NCBI RefSeq assembly: GCF_036321535.1
Contig: NC_087447.1
Span: 39,000,001-39,064,000 of the forward strand
Length of the DNA stretch: 64,000 nt
From: Camelus dromedarius
Lineage: Eukaryota
Reading direction: 5' to 3'
The notes beneath the pieces are model-generated. The model searched no databases. It was not told the DNA's origin and worked only from the letters and a program-made list of their open reading frames with translations. Position numbers and translations under genes: made by a program. Below are positions 50,801 to 62,689 of this stretch, piece after piece (the stretch's first letter is position 1; every line of letters starts with the position of its first letter).

Positions 50801-51399
50801 TATTAACTCAGGTGCTCTCAGTCTTCTATTTTCCCTCACTCAGGGAGGGTTCCTCCTTCAAACATCCAATCTCCTTATCCCCTCTTCCTGTGTCTAATTC
50901 AGACTACTCCCTGAAAAGCAATCATGCACGTTTATGCTCCAGTGTAAAAGCCACATTTGTGATATCACCAACCTTAATCTGAAATGATGGAACTAGAGTT
51001 GTAGGTGGTGTAACATTTGGAACATGCCTCCTGCAAGATGACTCTCAAAGCTGGCTGACCCAGGCCAGTAGGGAGAAGTACCTTCCTATTTCGAAATGGT
51101 GATGCAAATCTAATTGTTCCACATTACTAAAAGCTTAAAATCCGTAACAAATATTCTGTGGGTCAGAGTCTACTACAGCCCATTCAAGTGAAGGCTGCTT
51201 TTCTTTCACAACCCTATATACTTCTGTGTATCAGGTCCAGAGCTGAGGTCAGAGGGCTCTTTTCTCTCCGTTTCTTAATGTTGCTTTCCTACCCTTACTC
51301 TTCCATCTGCTTGTTAAAAACCTCTGTATTTTCAAGGTTCATGCCATTTGGCTATATCACCTTTTAGTCTTCTTGTGTCTGTCATCTCTTGGCATCCTA

Positions 51400-53600
51400 G
51401 GCAATACTTCTCATTTATTGAATACTCAAGCTCTCAGCTCATAAACCTCCCTCTCCACCCTACTTCTGACATCCATATGAGTGACTTCAGTATCTAAAGT
51501 GTACTACTTATCCAACACCCTGGCTTTTGGTTTCTTGATTTTTTTATTTTCAGTAACCTCCACCCCTCTCACCTTAGGCACACTTCCCAATATTACACCC
51601 TGCTCCTTGTCTTCATCTCAAATTATTTTGCCTGTAAAATCACTAAATTAGACAACCTACTCTCAGCCACTGTCTCCCATCATTTCTGTTTATTTGCTTT
51701 TCTACTCCCCATATACTTGTTTTTCAGACTAACTTCTGGTCTTTCTCGGTACCCATTTGCCTCCTCTTGTCCTCGTTTCCTCTCAGTCCAACTTGCAACC
51801 AGTCATTTCTGTCATTCTTTTGACAGTGATCTATATTCCTTTGTCCCTTTGTCCTTTTGGTTCATTTGAGGGAAATGCTGAGTCCCAGGTAAATGAATTA
51901 TTGGATGAAAACTTCAGTTTTATCTACCTTCACCATGCCTTCCCATGGGCTTCTGAGCATAGCCAGAGAAAAATCACATAACCAGGCCTATTACTATAAC
52001 TATAAATTCAGGGTCACCATGTTCAGCTGCCTTCAGGGCTTCCCAAGACTCTTACTGTATCTCTCAAGTCTTACTGTTCTTCTACTCTTTGTAATGGCTA
52101 TATCAAACTTCCCTCTCAACTTCCAACCTCTTCTCTTCCCATCTCTGCCCCCTCATCAAGTCTCAGGAGATGAATCTGCTTCTTGTTTCATTGTGAAAGG
52201 AGAAGCCAATAAACTGGTACTCCTGCAACTCTGCCACAAAATCCTCACACCCACTGGCGTGTGGATCCAATTCCCTCTGTCCCTTTTGTGATCATGTAGC
52301 AAATATCCCTCCTTTTACTTCAGACTAATACTTGCATTTTTGCTTTTGATATCACTCCCCATCTCTTCTTAGTAAGCTTGCTCCATTATTCATCTTTCAC
52401 CTGTATGATAAATAGCTCCCTTCCTCTAATATTAAAAAAAAAGCTCCTAGAAACTGAGAAGAAAAAAGCCAACAACCCAAGGAAAAATTGATAAAGATGT
52501 AGACAATGAGACTTTGAGAAACAAAGTTCACTATAAAAAAGTACAGATTGCCTTTAAACATATGAAAGCATGTCCTACTTCTTTCATAATAAGATAAATG
52601 CAAAATAGAAGTATAGTAAAATACCAGTGACTACTCTTCAGACTACAAAAAAATTCAAAGGTGTGATAGCATTTTCTGTAGCTGGAGGTAGAGGAAACAG
52701 GCACTTTCACATAGTGCCTTGGAGGACAAAATGGTACAAACCCAATGCAAGGCAATTTGAAAATATCCATCAAAATTTAAAATGCATTAATCTTTAATTC
52801 AGAAATCCCACTTCTGGAATATAAGCCTAAAAATATACCTACACATACAAACTTTCAACTGTACAAAGTTATTCAATGCAGCATTGTTTATAGTAGCAAA
52901 AAGTTGGAAACAACCTGTGTTCCTCCATAGGTACTAATCTGGAAAGATACACAAGAGCTATTGTTAAGTGAAAAAAAAATCAAAGTTGTGCTACTTTTGT
53001 GTAAGAAAGATGGAAAAGAATATTAATTTACATTAGTATTTGCTGATATCTGCACAAAGAAATAATGGAAAGTTTCAAAAAAACTCTTGGTGGTTACATA
53101 TAAAGGCCAGGATAGGGGATGTGGATTATGGGGAACTAGAGTAAGACTACTCAATGTATAATTTCAAAAAATTTAAACCAAGTGAATTTCTTACTTACGT
53201 AAGAATAATTAAATTGAATTTTTTAACATTTTGCGATCTGACCCACATAGCTGCTCCAGATGCTAACCTAGCTCACTCCTTCCTTTTGCATTCAGCATTT
53301 TCTCAGAATTGTTTTTCTTATAGTGTCTAGTTCCTTAACCTCCTACTCATGAACTCATTACAGTCTGGCTTCTGCCCCAATTAAGTAACTAAATTGTTCT
53401 TACCTGTTGTCATCAGTGACCTCCATATTGCCAAATCTGGTATGTATTGTTTAGTCTTTCTCTTACATAATCTCTCAGGAACATTTGACAAGTGACCTCC
53501 TTGTTCTTCCTTTGATTCATGTTCTTCCCTTGATTTGCATGTCTCCGCTCAATCCTAGTTTTCCTCTCACCTCTCTGGATGCCCTTATCTTTCTTTTCCT
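51400..53600 (+). mobile_element. L2 LINE remnant interrupted by an L1ME-type fragment (about 52430-53220, +)
   Basis: CT-rich L2 sequence (CAGTCTGGCTTCTGCCCC, CAGTGACCTCCATATTGCCAAATC) around an A-rich L1 3' segment (AAATCCCACTTCTGGAAT, TATTCAATGCAGCATTGTT). Confidence 0.65.
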
Positions 53601-53734
53601 CTTCCCCCTTACCTTTTCTCTTTTGGTCAAGGGCAATGTCTAGAGGCAGATGCAATTGTTGAACTTCTAGCAGCCAAATTCCTGGCAGTTGTGGAAGGGA
53701 ACTCTCCAGAGGGAGCACCACTGCACCCACTGCA

Positions 53735-54880
53735 GGTTATGTATTGTGAATATTTTCCCCTAGTATGTGATTTGCCTCTTCATTTTCTTTTCAGTGTCTC
53801 AATGAATGGCTAGTTTTAATTTTTACAAAGGCCAATTAATCTTTTTTTTTCTTTTATGTTACATGCTTTCTTTCTGTAAAGATTTAAAATTTTTTATTTT
53901 GGTAAAAAAGACATAATGTATAATTTACCATCTTGACCATTTTAAAGTGTACAGTTCAATAATGCTAAGTAATTCACTTTGTTATAAAATAGATCTCCAG
54001 AAATTTTTCATCTTATAAATCTAAAACCCTATACCCATTAAACAACAACCCCCATCTTCTCCCCTCCTCCAAGCCCTGGTAACCACCATTCTACTTTCTG
54101 TCTCTATGATTTTGACTACTCTATATACATCATATAAGTGGAATCATACAGTAGTTGTCTTTTGATGACTGGCTTATCTCACTTAGCATTATGTCCCTAA
54201 GGTCCATTCATTTTATATCATGTGACAGGATTCCCTTTCTTTTTAAAGCTGAATAATATTCCATTATATGTCTATACCACATTTTATTTATCCATTCATC
54301 CATCAATGGACATTTGGATTGCTTCCACCTCTTGTCTACTGTGAATAGTGCTACTATGAACATGGGCATGCAAATGTCTCCTTGAGACCCTGCTTTAAGT
54401 CCTCATGGATGCATACCCAGAAGTGGGATTGCTGGGTCATCTGGTAGTTCTATTTTTAAATTTTAGGGGAACCTCCATGTTGTTTTCCATAGTGGCTGAA
54501 CCATTTTACAATCCCACCAACAGTGTCCGTGAGTTCCAATTTCTCCACACCACACCCAACTCCCATTCTCTCTCTCTGTCTTTTTTTTTTTTTTTTTTTT
54601 TTTTTTTGCAGTAACTATCCTAATGGATGTGAGGGTATTTAGTGCTTTTAGTGTCTTCTTTAAGAAATATTTACCTATCCCAAGATTTCAAATATATCCT
54701 TCCACATTTAAAGTTTTGGCTTTTACATTTAAGACTAGATTCATCTCAAATTAATCTTTGTGTGTGATATACAGTAAGAGTCAAGGTTCATTATTTTCAG
54801 TTGAATATCCAGCTGTTCTGGCACTATGTGGTGAAAAAAATTTTCCAATCTACATTGAGTTTTTTTGGCACCTTAGCAAG
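53735..54880 (-). mobile_element. Old L1 fragment with an L1MA/B-type 3' end (about 53885-54636) nested inside
   Basis: TTTACCATCTTGACCATTTTAAAGTGTACAGTTCA, CCCTGGTAACCACCATTCTACTTTCTGTCTCTATGA. Confidence 0.85.
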
Positions 54881-55511
54881 TGTCTTTTGACATTGGTTAT
54901 AAGAAGCATTCCAAATTTGGAAATGTTAAGCTGTGGGGGAAAAAGTGCATCTTAGAATTGAGAAAATTGGAACTTCTTTCTAATTCTTACAGCAGCTACC
55001 ACAGTGTACGTAGGTCACACACAGGGAGTGGCACAAGGCGTTTTGGAAGCAGATGAATCTGAATTGAGACCCAGCTCTGCATAGCCTTAAACGATTTCCC
55101 TAATGTCTGTTTGCCTCAGTTTATACCAGGAGGATCCGATGTTGTGATGAGAAATTAAACTATGTAAAATGCCTGGTGAAGCTATTCGATAACTATTCCT
55201 TTCCCCTCGTATTTTCATTTTCTCCAATAAATATTTATTATCTTCATCACTTAGTGACTTGGGGTGAGAAAGAAATTTCTCTAAATTCTCTGTGTTTAAA
55301 AAAGACTTTCAGATTGATTTCAAGTCTCCTTGCCTTTAGCAAGATATACCGTCTAGTGTTAATCCTGTTTCTCTGAAATAGTCACTTTTTCAACTTCTCG
55401 AGAGAGGTTTTCACATAATTATTTTGAAACCATCATGTTAAGGAGAAATTTAGTCACAATATTATCTGATCACTAGAAGTTAGAAATCCTTCAGCTTCAG
55501 TTAGACTAAAG

Positions 55512-55665
55512 CAGAGCTTCTCAACTTGAAGGGGCACACGACTCACCTGAATTCCTGATGCTGGCTCAGGAGGTCTGGAGTGGAGCCTGATTTCCTGCAT
55601 TTCTAATAGGCGCCAAGGGGATGCTAATGGTTTTGGTGTGAGGACCATATTTTCAGAAACTAGGG
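55512..55665. mobile_element. MER5A-like hAT-Charlie MITE
   Basis: AGGTCTGGAGTGGAGCCTGA...TGCATTTCTAA...GATGCTAATG...GACCATATTTT. Confidence 0.75.
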
Positions 55666-58600
55666 ATTAGAGGCTCTAGTTCTCTGGGGAAAAAAAAAAA
55701 TGTTTTTAAACCCTGAGGTTCATGAATAAGATTTCCCTTGGCTGAGGATGCTTTGGTTGAAGGAAGAGAGGGAACTTTTTATTGAATTTTACCATGCACA
55801 TACCATACAGGCATATGTATGAGGTGAAGCCCAGGTAGACTGAGCACAAACATTTTCTCTTTGAGGAACTCTGGATTTGGAGTCAGACGATATCATTTCA
55901 CATCCCAGCTTTCCCACTTTTTATCCATTGTGACCTTTGGCAAGTTGCTAAGCTCTCTAAGAGTAGTTGTAAGGATGAAATGAGATAATATAAATCCATT
56001 TATCCTGGCTTCTCAATAGCATTTACTAGGTATCACCTAAATATGAATTTCTTTGGAAATTCTTGGCAGACTAATTCATTAAATAAAAATAAAGGACACT
56101 GGCTAGAGTGTCCAGACTTGGGTTTAAAATCTTACCTTCCCCTGAGTAGCTGTGTGATCACTAGACAATTGGGAGCTAGTATCTCTTATACATCAAATAA
56201 GGAGATTGACGTGGATGTCTTACAGTCCTCACAGTCCTGAGGGCCCTCACATCCTAATAATCCATGTGATTCTTGTGACTTCTCTGTAAGGCAGACTCAG
56301 GCAAACATTAAAAGAAACTGTTTCTTGAATCAGGATTATCTGAATTGATATAAACCAGGGGTAAGGAGAAGAAAGAAAGAAAGGGAAAAGAAAGATCCTG
56401 GAGTGGTGCTGGCCCATCTCTTTGGTTCTTTCAGCTCATGCCAGCTTTCAAAAGTAAGACTTAGCTTAGGTAAGCTGGCCTCCAGAGACACCTCATCTGT
56501 TTCAGTAATAATAAGGGTTTCATCCCCTTAGTCACCACTCACCTTTAGGCATAGGAATAGTGGGGGAAGGTGGCACATAAAGTCTGCTCAGTCAGTTGTT
56601 GACCCTGAAGTTTGATCAGAATGCAGTCATGTCTCTTGCCAAGCATATATGAGACTCATAAATCCCAAACACACAATTAGCAACTATAAGGTAAAGAAAC
56701 CCAAAATGACACTGGATAAAATAAGAGGCAAGAACATAAATCTCTCAACCACATTTCAAGTTCAGTATATTTTGCAAAACATCACAGAAACATGTATGGG
56801 AAGACATGAGGTACGAAGTAAACAGAGATCAAACCACATCAACAAATCATTATACTACTGAACCATATTATGATAGCTTGTTTTTAAAACTGTGAACAAT
56901 GCCAATGGGTAAAAATCTTAATGTCGATCTCCTGATTTGAATGTAAAAATGACCTTCTGAAGTAGGTACTGTTATCTACAGTATACAGTTGGGAGTCCTG
57001 GGCCTTAGGGAAGTTAAGCCATTTACCCAAGATCACAGTTAGTGGGCAGCTATTATTTAAACTGAGGCAGTCTAATTTCTGATCCCGCGTTCCTGATCAT
57101 TATACTCCACTGCCATGCAGCTCTGTGGACCTGACTGAGATTTACTTAGTTTCAAGGTCTTTGGTCCAGATTATGTGGGGTTAAATTCCTCTGAAATCAT
57201 GAAGTAGAGTCCAAGCCCCCTGTGCAGCTCATGGTGAGGCTAGATTATAAACAGGGGAAAGAAGGATTATCTCTAATCTAGTAATGATAGCCTCATGATG
57301 TAAGAGCCCCTGGTGGAAGAGCTGGGAGGACAAAGACAGAACCAACACTAGGGTTTCCCTCCCTGGACATGAAAGTCTAATGACCTCCTTTTGGCTCTGT
57401 AAGGCCCTTGAATTTTAGATAATTCAAGGAGAATAGGAAGATCTAAGAGGAAGATATGGAATCATCTATTGATCTAGTAGCTGGGGACACTAGTGATTTA
57501 TTTAAAAAAAATGGACTGTGTTAATATTTCTTTCCTGATATTTTGGGGTGGTTTATACTAATTGTACATATAATGGAATAGTATATAGCTGATAAAAAAC
57601 TTACAGTACAGATATACATTTATATATTTGCTTCACAGAAAGATGTCCACAACATATTGTGAGGGAAAGAAGCACATTATTAGGCAACATATATGCCATG
57701 ATTCCATTTATGTAAAATACTTCACAGAGAAAAATAACAAGTATACCTTCTTTATTTGCTTGAGAATAAAATAGTCATATTTCTTTTCCTGTTTAAATGA
57801 TAGTAACCTCAATGCTATTCTTCTCAGCTTAGCAGAAAATACAGTTTACCTTCTTGAGTATCCTGCCCCAAGATACCTTAATGACATTCCTCAATGTCAA
57901 TTTTGTTGATCTTTTCACAGAACCAACTTTTGGTTTTGTTGTTTTTTTCCCCTACTATTTTTAAATTCTTTATTTCATTGATCTCTGTTTTGGTTTTTAC
58001 TGTTTTCTTCCTTCTAGCTTTGGGTTTAGCTTGTTTGAAGGTGCAAAGTTAGGTTATTCCTCAAGCGATGAGACCCTTAAACACAAGTCTTCTGAATCAG
58101 AGCTTGAGGATACAAATACATCAGTGCTTTCCAAAGTAGGTCTTGACTTGCCGACTTAGAGCTCTTGAGGGACAGGGTTTCCCATTGCTTATATGCACAT
58201 CACTCACTAGGATCACAAGCTTCCTCTCATATGAGCTGAAACAGGGCAGAGGCTGGTGTCTGCTGCCCCATCAACCCCAAACCTTCCTCACACTTGGTTT
58301 CAGGGCAGAAGCAGGTCTACCACCTTCTCTGTTTTTGATGGTCATGGGCATTTTTGTCTCAGCAACTAGTTGCCTGCCACCCTAAACTGTTTAAGACCAC
58401 TGCTTCAGTAACTCTGAATATCAAAGAAGGATCTGGAACTTGCCTCTCTCACAGGCACCAGTGCTCCTTATATAAATTTTCCCCTCTGCAGTAAATTTCA
58501 GATTCTGCATATCACACACATACATGGAAATATGACTGGAAGGATTTTCACCAAAATGCTAATGATGGTCATGAAATAGTTCAGGTGATTTCTACTTAAA

Positions 58601-58679
58601 AAAAAACTTTTTGTATATTGCTGACTTTTTAGAATGATAAGCATATATACTTTTTATAATCAGAAGAGTAAGAAAGAAC

Positions 58680-58890
58680 TGGCACTTACTAATCACTTAC
58701 TATGTGCAAACATTTTACATTTCACCCTTCACAAGACCTCTGTGAGGTAGGCACTATTGCTATCCTCATTTTATCAATGAAGAAACTGAGGCAGAGAGAA
58801 GTTAAGCAACTTGCCTGAGTCACACAGCTAGAAGTAGCAGAGTTGGGGTACAAACCTAAGCAGTTTATTTTTACCTGCTATGCATACTGT
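58680..58890 (-). mobile_element. MIR SINE (further weak MIR remnants near 55.0-55.2, 55.9-56.2, 57.0-57.1, 59.9-60.1, 60.85-60.92 and 61.7-61.84 kb)
   Basis: CTGTGAGGTAGGCACTATT...ATGAAGAAACTGAGGCAGAGAGAAGTTAAGCAACTTGCCTGAGTCACACAGCTAG. Confidence 0.9.
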
Positions 58891-59206
58891 ACAAAGAATT
58901 TTTATTGGCATGGAAAAGAGTAAACTAGTAAGAAGCCAGGGAAAATGTAGATTATGTGCTCCATATATTAATATTAAACTGTTTGTGAGTTACTAAAAGA
59001 TTAAAATTCTGGGTGGGCCAAAAGGCATATTTCAGGATCTTGCTAAATATTTATCACCGCTAAAAAGCAGAAAGTAAAAATGATCCTGCAGCATATTCAT
59101 ATGCATGACTAAATGATTTTGCTTTTCAAATTTGTTGGTTTGCCCAGCAGTACTTATTGTTTCCAGAAATTATGTGCTTATATTATTGTAAATCTAGAAA
59201 CTTTTT

Positions 59207-59392
59207 TCTCTATTTTTTATTGAAATATAGTTGATTTACAGTGTTGTGTTAGTTTCTGGTATGCAGCAAAGTGATTCAGTTATATATATTCAGTTATATA
59301 TATTCCAGTGTAGAGCACAATTTTTCAGTTATACATGAACATACATATATTCATTTATATATATAGATACACATATATATATATACACTCTT
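59207..59392 (-). mobile_element. Short L1 3' end with TSD
   Basis: TAGAAACTTTTT at 59195-59206 and 59393-59404; TTTTATTGAAATATAGTTGATTTACAGTGTTGTGTTAG. Confidence 0.9.
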
Positions 59393-60359
59393 TAGAAACT
59401 TTTTCTAACACATTACTAAAGGCTTGGGGCAAAGCTAAAAATGATCACTAATCAAGACACTGCAAATGATAGAACTCCAAAGAACATTCTGTAACTTAAA
59501 GCAAGTTGTAGTTTTATTGAGATACACCAGCCAGACAGGCGGTTTTTAGAAATTATTTTTCAAGTAAAGAAAACATGAATGATTATATAGTCATTCATGT
59601 TTTAAAGCAAAAATAGGTGAGCAGGAAGGTGAGGTGAAAAAGGTGAGGTTACTGGGTATAACTGGAGAGAACAAGTAAAGAGACTAAACTGAGTTCTAGA
59701 TTCTTGACTTGAGCAAGTAGGGGTGTACTGATGCCACTGACCAGGAGAGAAAACAGAAGAGTGGCAGATCATGGGGAAAATAGTGAACTTGATTTCAGGC
59801 ACTGAGTTGGGAGGCATGTGACGGACGTCTAGGTGAGACTGACTAGTAGAGTGTTGGAGACACAGGTCTGGGACTTGTGACGTTCTGGCTGCATGTGCCA
59901 GTGTGGGAGTAGTTAGCATATATACTTCAAGTTGTCAGACTCTGGATAAGTTATCAAGCTTCTCTGGGTCTTAGGATCCTCACATATAAAGTGAGGATGA
60001 CTTAACTGTTCTGTCACAGAGACATTAGGAGGATTGAATCAACTACAATATGTAGAGTGTCTGGTATTTGAGTCAGCACAATGCAATGACTGAATGAGTG
60101 ACACTGAGAGCTGAATCACTGACTGATGATGACAGGTCCAGGTAGCCAGGGAACTTGCAGTATTGTCAGGCAGTGAGCACCTCTGAACTGGAGCAAGTTG
60201 ACTTCTGTGCCATTACATCAACATAACTTGGGCTAGATTGTATATATCCAAATTTTCTGTATTAATAGTTTCTCTGAAAGTAGACCAAGACCTAGGAGGA
60301 AATTAGTGACAGAAAGGAAGTGACCTAAGTATATCAGGGCTTTGAAGGAATATGTTCTT

Positions 60360-60685
60360 TTTTTTTTTCCTTAAGATGCATTAAAGTATGTTTTTATTTA
60401 TATTTTATTTTTTAAACTTTTTTATTGAGTTATAATCATTTTACAATGTTGTGTCAAATTCCAGTGTAGAGCACAATTTTTCAGTTATACATGAACATAC
60501 ATATATTCATTGTCACATTTTTTTTCGCTCTGAGCTACCACAAGATCTTATATATATTTCCCTGTTCTATACAGTATAGTCTTGTATATCTATTCTATAT
60601 TTTGAAATCCCAGTTTGTCCCTTCCCACCTCCCGCCCCCTTGGCAACCACAAGTTTGTATTCTATGTCTATGAGTCTGTTTCTGT
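60360..60685 (-). mobile_element. Young 5'-truncated L1 with TSD and a double tail
   Basis: TTTGAAGGAATATGTTCTT (60341-60359) / TTTGAAGGAACATATTCTT (60686-60704); L1 3' UTR motifs. Confidence 0.9.
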
Positions 60686-60959
60686 TTTGAAGGAACATAT
60701 TCTTGAGAAATTATTGCACAACAAAAGACAAAAGAAGCTATGATAATACAATAATTTAGCTATAGCTAGAGGTTGTTTTTGCAAGAATTTTGTTACTTTC
60801 ATTAATATTTTTCCACCACAATTGGCACGGCTGTCTTGTAAAACACAGTATGTTAGAGTACAGTGAGCAGAAGGTTTAGAATCAGAAGGCCTGAGTTTGA
60901 GTTCTGGGTCCATCACTTACTGGCTCCAAATCCTGTGATCTACATGTATTTAATGGCAG

Positions 60960-61700
60960 GGTTACCAACCACCCAGTGGTTCAAACTTGGAGTCATCGTC
61001 TGATTCTCCCTTTCCCTTAACCCCCCAAATCCGACTGATCACCCACTTCTGATAAGTCTGACTCCTAGTATCTCTTTAGTCAGCCTGTTTGGCCTCATCC
61101 TCATTGTGTCAGCCTTGGTTGACACTGTCATCATCTCATGCCCGAGGACTCCAACAGTCTCCAGCTAATCCACCTCCCCAAGCACAGAAGCTACATTGGC
61201 TCCAGAGTTATCTTCCTAAAACATTACTCTGCTGATTTTATAAACAGTGGAAATACGCAGAGATTTTAAAAATCCAAACTCTTTAGAATGACATACAGGC
61301 CCTTGACAATCTGGTTGCAACTGTGTTTCCCAGGCTCAACCCTATGACTTCTCATTATTTATCTGATGCTCTCCCTAGTCAATGGAATTTTCACCTTTCT
61401 CTCACTGCCTCAGTTTTCTGTGTTCCCATATTTTGCGCATTTTTTTTTCTGCCTGGAAACTTCTTCTTTCTCTACATAGCAAATTTATTTATACTGTTTG
61501 AGATTCAACTTGTTACTCTAAAGAAATATTTCCTAACTTTCCCTATCATAACTGGGGGCTTCCTCCTCTGTGTTATAATTATTTTACATATTTACAGTGA
61601 ACAGTTAGGTTCTTGAATTTATTTCCCCTTATATCCCTGGAACCTGGCCAAAGTTATGGTCCATATGGAAATTATTCAATTTTAAAGTGCTTTCTAGAAA
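60960..61700 (+). mobile_element. L2 LINE 3' fragment
   Basis: AAACTTGGAGTCATC...TGATTCTCCCTTTCCCTTA, CCAGAGTTATCTTCCTAAAAC, TCTGCCTGGAA. Confidence 0.7.
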
Positions 61701-62046
61701 AGTAATTCTGGGCAAATCTCTGCTTTTCTGAGCTTCAATTTCCTCATTTGTAAAGTTAGAATAATAATAGCTACCTTGCAGAGCTGTTAGTAAATCAAAC
61801 CCAATAATTTGCATAAGAGCATTTTGTAAAGCCATATATTTTGTAACATTTAACTTTTGATTCTAAAGAGATGTCTCCAAGTATCTGTTCTTTATGCATT
61901 AACCTAACACCAGGTAAATAACAGACTTTTAATAATGTTTGTTGAATTACATCCAATTTGAAGGTATTCTGCGTTAGCTAGACTATGTCACTGTGAACAA
62001 GATGTCAAACTAGCTCTTTTGGTTGTTTTACCCAAGTGGTTCTCCT

Positions 62047-62134
62047 CGCTCCACCTGATGGCAGTGTCGCTCAAGAGCAGCTTGTTACTGCATCGCTTGA
62101 GTGCAGTAACAAGAAGCTACAGCAGGGGGCTCCC
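62047..62134 (+). promoter_or_regulatory. Candidate regulatory element: two co-oriented CTCF-like motifs around an inverted repeat
   Basis: CCACCTGATGGCAG (62051-62064) has 1 mismatch and ACAGCAGGGGGCTC (62119-62132) has 2 mismatches to CCASYAGRKGGCRS. The surrounding sequence is non-repetitive and retains CpGs. Confidence 0.45.
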
Positions 62135-62689
62135 TGGATTTTCCAAAATGAAATCTGTAAAAACATCCTTCACCAACCTAAATAGTTGTGTTCTCAAGTG
62201 AAGTATTTGCTTTCTTTTGGAACAAGGCAGTAGAGGAACACAAAACAAGTCACAAGCTTGGAAACAGCACCTTTCATTTCTATCAAACCACTGTCTGAGA
62301 CTTTCTTAGTTTTCCTTCATCTTTTAGAGACCTGACAGGGATATTAGCCCCCTTTTACTGATGGGATTTCGAAACTGTAAGACAGTCTGTCATTCAACTG
62401 GGGACTACAATGAATTATTTATTATCAAGAGGCTTGCTCACAGGTTGAGCTAAATAGGAGACAAACCTGATAATACAAACATTTAATTACCATGTTCCCA
62501 AGAAGATCCAGCAAATAGTAGAGGTGGGGAAAACCAAATAAATCAAAGTACATTTGTTGCTTTTCTTCTAAAAAAAATTTGCAAGTTGTAATGCAAATAG
62601 CCTTAGATTAGGAGTCAAGGACTGCTATACTCCTTTAGATCTCAATTTGTTCATCCTTAAATGAATTTTTTGGGTGATGCTCTTTTAAA

